Assembly (NCBI GenBank): GCA_904063045.1
Contig: CAJFCJ010000064.1
Span: 166,036 to 217,657, forward strand
Direction: 5' to 3'
DNA: 51,622 nucleotides
From: Dimorphilus gyrociliatus
Taxonomy: Eukaryota; Animalia; Annelida
The translations under genes were made by a program, and so were the position numbers. Below the pieces are notes generated by a model. That model had not been told where the DNA came from and searched no databases. It saw only the letters and a program-made list of their open reading frames with translations. Below, piece by piece: positions 12,670 through 22,875 of the stretch; the stretch's first letter is position 1, and the number at the start of each line of letters is the position of its first letter.

Positions 12670-13381
12670 TGTACTCTGTTGTATTGTAATTGTAGGAATT
12701 TCTGGTTCGCCATAACTGTAATTGTCTTTTCCAATCATTTACCAATTTGCCAAAGAACTCGAACAAAAAAGTTCATCCACAAATAGTCTTAACAAATGTA
12801 ATTTCAGTAGAAATTAATAAACAAAACACCAGTATTTTGTCCAAGGAATATGTATAGAGTAAATGAGTTTCTAGTTCTAAACAAGCAAGTTTAAACAACC
12901 AGCTAACAGTTTGAGAACTGTTAGAAGCTGAGGAAATGCATTTTCCTTTATACATTTGCCAAAGCTTGGGTTCAATTGGTCAAATGATTACAAACATGAA
13001 ATGCGACAGTCTCGTAATTCACAAGTATCAAAACTATGAAAGACTGTTATCACACATATAAAATATAATTTTCTGATTAAGGACAGTTGGCCAACATGTG
13101 CCACTAACAAAACAAGCTTGCATCTTCAGCATCTGCTATTGAATAAGATGTAACAACTTTGACATGCACCTTTTCCATGTTCTTTGTTCCTTTGTTAATA
13201 CCCAAGTAGCACCATCTGTTACAGTCAAAGAATCTATTTCCCACAAAAAATAAAATCTAACTCTACAAAATAAAAGTCTTTCTAAAGTTGCACCATTATA
13301 ATTCCCATGAAATAGAAGTATTTCTAAAGTTTCATTATTCCAATTCTCAAATATAAATAAGTCACTACTTATATGTGTACA
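12670..13381 (-). mobile_element. LTR family 2 copy (diverged)
   Basis: Begins tgtactctgttgtattgtaattgtagg and ends atatgtgtaca, colinear with 18093-18867. No matching TSD seen. Confidence 0.75.
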
Positions 13382-13599
13382 TTGATTTAATATTAAATTG
13401 CATAGGTTTATGATGAAAAAAGAGATCAATTTGAAAATAAAGAGCTTTGACCTATATGCAACAAAGTACAAATTGGAATTGAAGGAAGAACAGATCAATC
13501 AAACCAATTGTACCTAATGATAAAAATTTTTAACTGAATATGACTTTCATTCCTTCTGAATTTTTAAAAAAGAATATAAATATGAATAATGAGAGGAAC

Positions 13600-14090
13600 A
13601 TAATCTTTGAAACAAATCATCAATTTGAGTTATTGTCAAAAGGGAAAATTTGGTACCCAGATGGTGCTTTTAAAATTGTTTTCGTTCAAATGTACTCTAT
13701 TCATGGACTTAAAAAAATGAACAGCTTAAACAAGTTTCATTGCTTTTTTCTTCTAAAAAGAAAAGAGTATATAAACTACTTTTCCAGATAAGAATGCAAT
13801 TTCATAAATAGATTTATTGATAACTAACAGTGTTAAATTTTTAAGGTTATCAAGGACTTAGCTGGAAATTGCTCTCCCAGAAAAATAGTTTTAGACTATG
13901 AAAAGGCTGTTTGGAAAGCTTTACAAAATGTATGGCCTGATGCCATCTCGACTGGAAGTTCATTTCACTGGTCTCAGCCAATATTTAGAAAAATAAAGGT
14001 TCATTAATTTCTAAAAATGTTCAATTTTTAAATAAAATATGTTTCATTTCAGGAGCTTGGTTCTCGCAGGAAATTTCGAAAAAAGAGGAA
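13600..14090 (+). pseudogene. MULE transposase remnant with intron positions like 37378-38367
   Basis: LLSKGKIWYPDGAF...YSIHG; SPRKIVLDYEKAVWKAL...SFHWSQPIFRKIK; GT..AG intron then ELG. Confidence 0.75.
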
Positions 14091-14673
14091 GCATGGGAAT
14101 CCATGAAAATGATCATCAAATGACAAATGCAATAAATACACTATTCACAATTTTATTGATCAACAACCAAAAAAGTTAATTTTGATATATAAAAATCCTT
14201 TTATAAAAATTTTTTATAATTTTCCTATACAATGATGTTCATCAACTGAAAATAATCATTATTCTATGAATTGTAAATTACTTATCACTTTTTATCTTGC
14301 CTTTCTTTTCATAGCAAAAAAAGCCACATTGTAGTGTTAATTTTCCTTTTTTGCTGATTTTTAGAGAAAGTTTTTATAAACTTAACCATAGTAACAGTAT
14401 TGATTAATTGATTATATTAACTTGCTGCTAGTGGTTAGTTATAGTTGTTTGAGCGTCTTTTGTTCAGATCTATTATATCAATAGATAAGGATTATTGAAA
14501 TCAACAACTCTGTCTTGTCAGCTTTTCCAGGTAAGTTGGAAAAATGCTTTAATTATCACAATTCTAAGTTGCTAGGTAAGTGACAGACAATAAAAAGAGA
14601 AATATTGCTTTTTTTGACTAGATATTGAAAATTAGAAAAAAAGTAAGTGTCATTCAGAGTTTCAACGTGGAGA

Positions 14674-15157
14674 ATGAGTTTATTCCTGTTCAGCGTTTAT
14701 TTTTCAATCATTTGCATTCTATCAATGCAATATGTGGCTACTGCAGGTAGAGTAATTAATCTATTCTGCCAGTAGAAGTCTTTCAATAAATAACTTTTTT
14801 TTGTAGAAAATGTTACGGTGAACCACTATCACTTAATTACAAAGAATACAACTATACTTGAAGGCACAAATATTACTACAAGCCCCCTTCTGAGAGGTTT
14901 AGTCTCTTTGAATGAATGCAAAAGTCAATGTTCCATGATGATTTCTTGTATGTGAGTAAGAGGGAAAGGTGTATTTTGCTAAATGCTTTGTACCAGTTCC
15001 TATTTTATTCAGATCATTTAACTATTGGTCTACAAGATTCTGTGAAATGTTTACACCGAACATAACTTTAAGGCTATGGAAGACCAATCAAAATCTTTCC
15101 TATGAAGGCTATAAAAAAGGCAATTGCTTTAAATTACTACAATTTTATATATATTAG
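14674..15157 (+). CDS. Secreted PAN/apple-domain protein, 3 exons (14674-14746, 14807-14951, 15013 onward); 3' end uncertain
   Basis: Exon 1 MSLFLFSVYFSIICILSMQYVATA is a signal peptide. Phase-compatible GT-AG introns of 60 and 61 bp. Spliced CKSQCSMMISCISFNYWSTRFCEMF fits the PAN C-x3-C-x5-C-x-SF-x-Y..C pattern. Confidence 0.65.
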
Positions 15158-16044
15158 GTATGATGACAATATTGCAGATATTTTACAGTAATTTTAAACT
15201 AGCCTAGCAAATACTATTGATACTTTCCAAAAAATATAATTAACATTAGTTTACTATTATAGCTAAAAAACACAAAATATCTAAAATATTGCAATCATAC
15301 CTAAAATTTGAACTTCATTATTATCAAATTCATTAATATAAACAAACAAAACACACAAAACAAATTGCTAATTAACCAGGAAAAGAAGAGTTATTCTGAT
15401 TAATGCAACAATATAATTTGATTTTGGATTCCTTAGTTTTTTATTACATAGGTTTTAGGAAGTATACACACACACATTTAACAGCTCTATTCTACAATAC
15501 ATGAGTAGTATTGAACTAGAACTGCACTGTGCTGATTGCATTGGTGGAGTTAACTTCTTCTTTGAAACTACAATATTAAGTGGTGAATGTAAAATAAAGT
15601 TTGTTTTTTTTTAATGTTCATTATTCAATACAGTTTTTGGTAGAATTTCCTAAGCAGCCGAAAGAATTGAACAAGAACATTCTGCATTTGGGTCATACAC
15701 CATCACTTCCAGATGTTTAGAACAACATAAACAATCAACTTTGATGTTGAGGCTGTTGATTTGAACTATCCAAACAGAATTGAGACAAAATAATTTTCAT
15801 ATAAATGCGGACTGATAGAAAATGGCCAGAGCTCTGATTGAAAACAGCCACAGACTTGTTTTTATATAGAAATAATAAATGTTAAAAAAGAGATTTAGGT
15901 GCTAATCATATCTTAAAATGAGTTTTTATACCAAGAAAAAAGTCAAATGGTTGACTTGAATGAGCTAGAAATTATTAAAATCTGGTACGTTTTTAATAAG
16001 AAGACAATAAGAAATATAACAAATATGTGAGTACATACTTTATA

Positions 16045-16330
16045 TTTAATCATGGGGATGGTCGTTCAATTTTTAAAAAATACAATAGTCTGATAAAGCA
16101 AGATTTTGACTGTAGGCTGGATAAGACAACACTGTCAAACTTGATTTTGGGAGGTTTGAAGATTGGTGTCTGATCAGTAAAATCAACTTGCTATTAGGCC
16201 TACTTCTATTGATTACTTGTTATGAGCTCTTTATAATATTAATATAAACGGTTATAATCACAAAATCATTTTGATAAGTTAAGAACTGAACAATTGAGAA
16301 TATTGGGCCCAGAAGTTGTACTCAGTTTAA
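16045..16330 (-). pseudogene. Old mariner transposase fragment
   Basis: Minus strand LSYPAYSQNLALSDYCIF resembles the mariner HPPYSPDLAPSD motif. Confidence 0.5.
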
Positions 16331-17205
16331 AATGTATTCAGATTAAAATCAGACCCAGCTTAAATTCATGAGCATTTCATGTCATTTATATTTTCATATA
16401 ATTTATATTTTTAACAATAATAATGAACTAATTTGTTTTAATATAATAGCCTATCTTTTTCAATATATGCACCAAGTCTTTCACTTATATCCAGAAGAGA
16501 TAGACTACTATTCAATCCTGTAATAGTTATTAATTTTGTAATGATATTATAATCAATGTCAAGGATAAATGAGCAAATGTTTTTTACAATAAATTAATTG
16601 TTTAAATTTCTAATTATTGATTCTATTAATTGAATATTTTTGTGTAGATTATTCTAATAAGAATTAATAATGAATTTAGCTGCAAAATATTCTTTAAACA
16701 GTATATGAACAAATTCAAAATTTACTCCACTCTTCTTTGTTAAAGGATTGAAAAACCATTTAAAATATGAGTATTCTTTTATAGCATTATTTATAGAATT
16801 TATCTCTTTCCATGTAAATCCAATTTTGAATTGATTGCCATTCCACTTTCATAACAGACAGTTTTATGTGTGGCCCTAACCAAAACGAAACCAAACCCTA
16901 ACCCTGGTTGTTGAAGATCGGTTCTTCTATGATTACAAAACAATATAATTTACTGTATGTAACCCTATCAAATGGTTGCTGTATTCTAATTGACTACTAA
17001 TTGGTATCGATACACATGATTATGTAACTACGAGATTGCATCTCATAGTGTACTACACGAGATTTAATGCATAATATACACGAAGACATATTTATATATA
17101 GTGGTCGACAGAAAAACCCAGACACCATAAATTTTGATAGGCCGAACATTATAAATCTTTTTCACCAGCAAAAAAGATTTTTTTTTTATTTTTCAGGTAT
17201 AAAAT

Positions 17206-17795
17206 TGTACAATTTTGGTTATATTTTACATGCTTGAACTCTATTATTTTATGCAACTTATACATGTACATCTTAAAAGAAAATGCTATAACATTGGCCA
17301 AACATAAGTCTGATTAGTCAGCTTGAAGGCTCATCTTTAATTACCAATAAAGGTTTCACCAAGTTATAATTCAATTAACCTTCCTAAATGTTGAACCTTG
17401 TAACATCCTGTTACTAAACATAAATATGAACTACACATTTTGGCAACTGTAAAGTGATGATTGGATGTCAGAGGCAAACCTCAAAGTATATAAATCCTCA
17501 CTATTCTCATTCTGCATGCAGCTTCCATCTGGACCCAAGGACCTGGGAAGATCACCTGGAAACAACCTCCACTGGAACTATCCATCTACTCCTCAACATT
17601 GGAAGACAGTTTGGTAATTTGGCAACCTGCTATTACAAACTATCTACTCTGCTATTGAACTCTCATATTGTTACTTGCTTAAGTCTTATTATTGTGAATA
17701 AACCATTTTAATTTAAACATTTGTTTAAAGGTTTGAGTAGAACCAGTATTGTTATAACTTGCAAACGCATAGATTTTGCCGGCAAGAGCAGTACA
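17206..17795 (+). mobile_element. Solo LTR family 3 (590 bp)
   Basis: TGTAC...GTACA termini, TATATAAA near 17488, AATAAA near 17698, AAAT on both flanks (possible 4-bp TSD, low complexity). Homologous copies at 7325 and 10971. Confidence 0.7.
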
Positions 17796-17900
17796 AAATA
17801 TTAGTTTAAAGTTTGATATATGCATGAGTTTCTTTTAAATCTCATTTAGATCAGTTTTCACATAAGTGTTTTCGTTTTCTTATTATCCATTTTTTGATGA

Positions 17901-19922
17901 TTTTTTTCTTATTTGGCCATGAGACATTATTACTCAGATGATGGTTTGTGCATTAATATTTTTATTTTTTTGAATATGACAACCCTCATTTACAATACAT
18001 TTACTAATCCTACCTCCCATCCCTGCATATAAATTTGGTAGCAAATCAGGATTTTGAACTATAACCTGGTATGAACATTTTTTTATTTTCTCTGTACTTT
18101 GTTGTATTGTAATTGTAGGAATTTCTGCTTCTTCAGAACAATATTCATCCTTTCCAATCATTTATCAATTTACCAAAGTACTGGTCCAATTAGAACCTTT
18201 CAAGTTTGTCCACAAATAGTCTTAAGAAATGTAATTTCAGTAGAAATAATTCAACAAAATACCAGTATTTCGTCCAAAGAATATGTATTGAGTAAATGAG
18301 TTTCTAGTTCTAAACAAATAAGTTTAAACAACCAGTTAACGGTTAAAGAACTGAACTGACAAGCTGGGAAAATGCATTTCCTTTTATATATTTCCAAAGC
18401 TTGGGTTCAAGTGGTCAAAGGATTACAAAGTTGAAATCTGACAGTCTCATAATTCTCATGTAACAAAAATTTGAAAAACTGTTATATCACACATATAAAA
18501 TATAATCCTAAGATTAGGGCCACATGTCAAACATGTGCCGCAGTAAACAGGCCTGCCTCATCAGCATCTGGTGTTTTACCTGCATTCCTTTACCTTTTCC
18601 ATGTTCTTTGTTCCTTTGTTAATTCCCAATTAGCCACCATCTGTTACAGTCAAGAGTCTATTTCTTATGAAATAGAGTTCTTTCTAAAGTACTAAAAGCT
18701 AACACTATGAAATAAAAGTCTTTCTAAAGTTCCACCACTATAATTCCTACGAAATATAAGTATTTCTATAGTTGCACCAGTCTAATTCTTATAAAATAGA
18801 AAGTCTTTCTAATGTACCCTTATATCTAAAGTCTAAGTATTGATATATCATTATATCTAAGTGCACATTCTCCCAGAGTTCATCCCCAGATTGAAATTGT
18901 GCCCCATCATAAACTAAATTTTTTGTCAGGTGCCACATATTTTCTATAGGGCTAAGGTCAGGGCTCTTTGCTGGCCAATCAATTGGATTGATACCATTCA
19001 TTCTAATGGCCCTCTTAGTTTCTCTTACTGTGTGGCAGCCTGCATTATCTTGTTGGAAGATGTAATTCCTGCCCATTTTGAGTGATATCTCTTCAATGAC
19101 AGGAAGAACATCTTTCACAACAAAACAGCTATAATTTTGGGTAGTCAATTTTTGACTTATCCTCCAAACTTCAAATATCCCATCTGAGGTTATTAATTCC
19201 CACACCGTCACTCCACCTCTTCCCATATTTTTAGTGACTCTAAAATTTTTTTCACCATCTTTTGTCCACATCCTGAAATCATCAGGCCCACTCAGAGAGA
19301 ATCTGGCCTTGTCTGTGAAAATCACTCTTGATCAGTCCAGATTTTCAGCAATTGTTTTGAGGCAGTATTCTTTTCTTCTTGCTCAATCTTTAGGTGTAAG
19401 ATCAACTCTCTGTCTAATCCTTTTATAATTATAATTTTGCCTCTTCAGCTCTCTCTGAATGGTCTTGAGACTCACATCCACCTCTAATTCTGCTAAGACC
19501 TTTCCTGTTGTCACCCTTTCCTTATTTCACTTAAGTCTCTTTACTATTCTTTTTATCCTCACTATGTCTCTTTCTGTTAGCTTCTTTGTACGAACCCTGT
19601 TCTCTTGTTGTGGTGGGTAATATCTCAAAATGTCACTAATGCTAGATGATACCATTCCCAAAGCCCTTGCAGTTGCCCTAATTTTTCCTAATTCCTCATA
19701 TTTCTTAAAGACCAGATTCCTAACCTCTTTACCCCACGCCATAATTAAGTAAATAGAATTTAAAGTTAACTACTGTAATTAAAATAGATCAAAAGTGATT
19801 ACTTAACTTTGAAAATTAGTTTGATCAAGAAAAATTTCTGTTTAGGATGTTAATTTGAATCCAAAACCAGAAACAAAATGGATGTGCAGTTAATAATGTC
19901 TCATGGCCAAATAAAGAAAAAA
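17901..19922 (-). mobile_element. Tc1-like (DD34E) element, disrupted by frameshifts and a solo LTR
   Basis: Inverted repeats ttttttcttatttggccatgagacattatta (17901-17932) and taataatgtctcatggccaaataaagaaaa (19891-19922). HTH ORF 19527-19742. IFTD, FQQDNAGCH, WPAKSPDLSPIENMW. C-terminus resumes left of 18093. Confidence 0.9.
18093..18867 (-). mobile_element. Solo LTR family 2 (775 bp) with 5-bp TSD
   Basis: TTCTC at 18088-18092 and 18868-18872. Termini TGTGCAC...GTACA in element orientation. TATA followed by TCAGTT. Removing it restores Tc1 LWEKIKKC. Confidence 0.9.
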
Positions 19923-20202
19923 TTAATTAAAATTAGTAAAAAAATTTTTCCTATTAGTATTCACAAATATGATAATTTTGTCATTTTTTTCAATATTACA
20001 TAAATATAACCCTTTATCAATGTAAATTGCCTAAAAAAACTAATTTCGAACAAAAAAACATGTTTTTGGGGTGATTTAAAAATTGGCTTATCAAAATTTA
20101 CAGTGTCCAGGTTTTTCAACATCTTTGATTTTCTAAGTTATCTTTATTAAATAATTGTTAATTTCATTTATATTACTTTATTTTTATTGTACTAATTTAA
20201 AT

Positions 20203-21229
20203 ATGACATGGAGTAAAGACATAAGGGAGCTTGTATTCAAGAAATACAATGAATTACAGCAAGAGCTTTAGGAATGGCACCCTCTTCTGTTAGCAATATT
20301 TTAAGGTATCAACCACCAGAAGAGAAGAATAGAGGTCGTCCAAAGAAACTTACAGAGATAGATATAGGCAGGATGAAGAGGGCTATACAAAAAATGAAAA
20401 TAAATAAGGAGAGGGTGACAGCAAGAAAAATTTTGAAAGAGTTAGATGTAGATGTTAGCCTATTAACCTGGAGAGAGAGCTAAAAAAACAAAAATTTAGG
20501 TATAAGTGAGTTAGGCAAACACTTGATCTTACAACAAATAATTGTAAGAGGAGAAAAAGTTTCTGCCTCCAGATGATCAGTGATAATCTAGACTGGTCTA
20601 AAGTAATTTTCACTGACAAGACTAGATTCTCACTGAGTGGGCCAGATGATTTTCGTACCTGGACCAAAGATGGTGAAAAAGATTTCAGGGTGACAAAAAA
20701 TCTGGGCAGAGGTGGAGTAATGGTCTGGGGACTAATAACCTATGACGGAATATTCAAACTTTGGTGGATAAGGAAAAGGCTTAATGCTGAAAATTACAGC
20801 TGTTTTATTGTGGAAGATGTCCTCCCTGTTATTGAAGAGATTGAGGCAAAAATGGGGAGGAAATACATCTTCCAGCAAGATAATGCTGGGTGCCACATGG
20901 CAAGGACAACTAAAAGAGCCTTTCAAATGAATGATATCCATCCTCTTGATTGGCCAGCAAAGAGCCCCAACCTCAGCCCAATCGAGAACATGTGGCGCCT
21001 TACCAAAAACCTGGTATACGATGGTCCACAATTTGAATCAGAGGATGAATTGTGGAAAAAAATCAAAAAATGCTCTTATGAGCTTATAAAAGAGCAGCCA
21101 GGGTTGTTACCATGTCTATATGATGGAATGCATCAAAAAGAGGGTAGTCAGATACAAAAGTAGGAATAATAGGAACATATTTGTTGGTGTTCCAATTATT
21201 ATGAAGTGAGGCCAAATAAGAAAAAAAAA
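20203..21229 (+). mobile_element. Second Tc1-like (DD34E) transposase pseudogene
   Basis: MTWSKDIR start at 20203, GRPKKLT, VIFTD, FQQDNAGCH with 34 residues to E in SPIENMW. 3' ggccaaataagaaaa matches the repeat of the first copy. Confidence 0.9.
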
Positions 21230-21519
21230 TCAGGGTTAGGTCTTGGGGTTAGGGATTAGCACAATCAGTACAGACTGGTAATCCCAAAAGTGCACACACA
21301 CTTGTAACCAAGATTTAGCTAAGGGTTGGTGTGGCTAATGAGGAGTTGCTATCTTAAGTAGCAATTCCCCAGCCTAAGCTGTAACTGTATCTCCAACAAA
21401 ATCACTTACAAATTCTCCACAAGGGTGAAGAGAACCTGTATTTAGCAACTAAAACAATTCACCAATTAAAAAATACTCACAATATTTCAGAGGTATTCCT
21501 CCTTTATCAAGTGAGAGGG

Positions 21520-21610
21520 GAAAAGTGGCTGGTTAGATTGCCACCAGACTGATCTCTGAGAGGCTTACTATACCTTAGGATAGGTACTGGTTCAATCCCA
21601 CACTTTTTTT
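21520..21610 (+). other. Possible tRNA-derived (SINE-like) sequence
   Basis: A-box-like tggctggttaga, B-box-like ggttcaatccc, followed by T7. No convincing cloverleaf by eye. Confidence 0.25.
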
Positions 21611-21926
21611 GCTACAAATCACCTACTTGGTGGTCAGTAAAGCAAGTCAACCACTGACGAAAGTTGAAATTTCAACTTGCTCCAATCATTATGAAATTTT
21701 ACACAGTGCTAGATCTAATTGAACTGAGCAACTGTGCAAAATTTGAACGAAATCGGCCCAGCTGTTGCTGAGCTATGGAGCTTTGAAGTTAATGGTGGTA
21801 GGTGAGGATGGCTGACTGGCAGCCTTAGACTCTATCACCAGTATCTCAACCCTACGTTCTATGTAATTAGAGGGTAACCTTTCAAAAATCGCAGGTATAA
21901 CAATCAGGTAAGTCACTTTTCATAAG

Positions 21927-21961
21927 GGTTAGGGTTAGGGTTTAGGGTTAGGTTAGGGTTT
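21927..21961 (+). repeat. Interstitial TTAGGG-like tract
   Basis: gggttagggttagggtttagggttaggttagggtt. Shorter tracts at about 1327, 1845, 5683, 16905, 21232-21260 and 34595-34655. Confidence 0.7.
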
Positions 21962-22875
21962 TTATAATGTTGAACTAGACACTAAGATCTAAGTTCTGAC
22001 AAAAGTCAAATAACTTTCATCAAAAGTTTCAGGAGATCCCAAGATGGAATGCAAGAGTAAGAACTTTTTTATATACAACTATGATGAATGAATTTTTTGT
22101 TGAGTATATGTTTTATGTTGATCAATGTTTGAGTTTTCAAATGATTGCCAAAGAATTTTTGACCTACCATGGTTTCGTCTTCCCCTTTGCAAAGACTCAT
22201 CAGGGTCATTTGTAGAAGATAGCTTCACTTACTGCTATCTTTGAAGAGGAGGCTAGGATCATTTCTGCAATTGTGTCCTGCCTTGCATTTTTATTTTAGT
22301 GGGATGATTGTGTTTTAGAGTTTACATGTTTGTAATTTTTATTTTTGAACAGATTTTTTTCATTGTACAATGTTTGAGTTATGTAGACTGTATAAAGAAT
22401 ATTTATATTTGTCTGATATGTCTCATTGCAACAATGAAGAAATGCCTATGTTTAATGAATTAATTGTGAAAGTATATGGTTTTTACTTGACAAAGAAACA
22501 AAAATTACTTCAAAGAAACACTATTGCACCTTTCTTTGAACAGATAAATTATAGAAATGTATAACTCACTCTGGTTTTCTTACACCTTTTGTTCTGAAAA
22601 TTTCTTCCTAATGCAGCCTGTAGAAGGTTTTTCGGTTATTTTTGTCTTTGTTTTGTTGTTTATTGAGGCTGATTTCTTTTTATGATGGGATTTTTTTTCA
22701 ACTGATGATATGTGGCTTGTTGTTGAGCTTTTATGGGTGGTGGTTATGTAATTGATATATGTCAAGATATTGCATTTTTTCTTGCAGGGCATGTTTTACT
22801 ATGTAAGTCTTTCCTGGGATATGTCTGTTGACCATCTGTTACTTCTATATGGGAAAGTAAATAAAGTGTACTTCT

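Noticed and set aside
17934-18695. Recurrent short ORFs such as MIGKDEYCSEEAEIPT (also 42737, 32717, 12773, 43283)
   Set aside because: They are chance translations of repeated LTR sequence, some fused to flanking Tc1 coding sequence.
21927-21961. TTAGGG tract as a true telomere or chromosome fusion site
   Set aside because: Only about 35 bp, imperfect, with no head-to-head inverted array; similar short tracts sit inside MITEs.
22000-22870. gag gene upstream of the protease
   Set aside because: No continuous ORF, CCHC knuckle or recognisable capsid motif on the plus strand.
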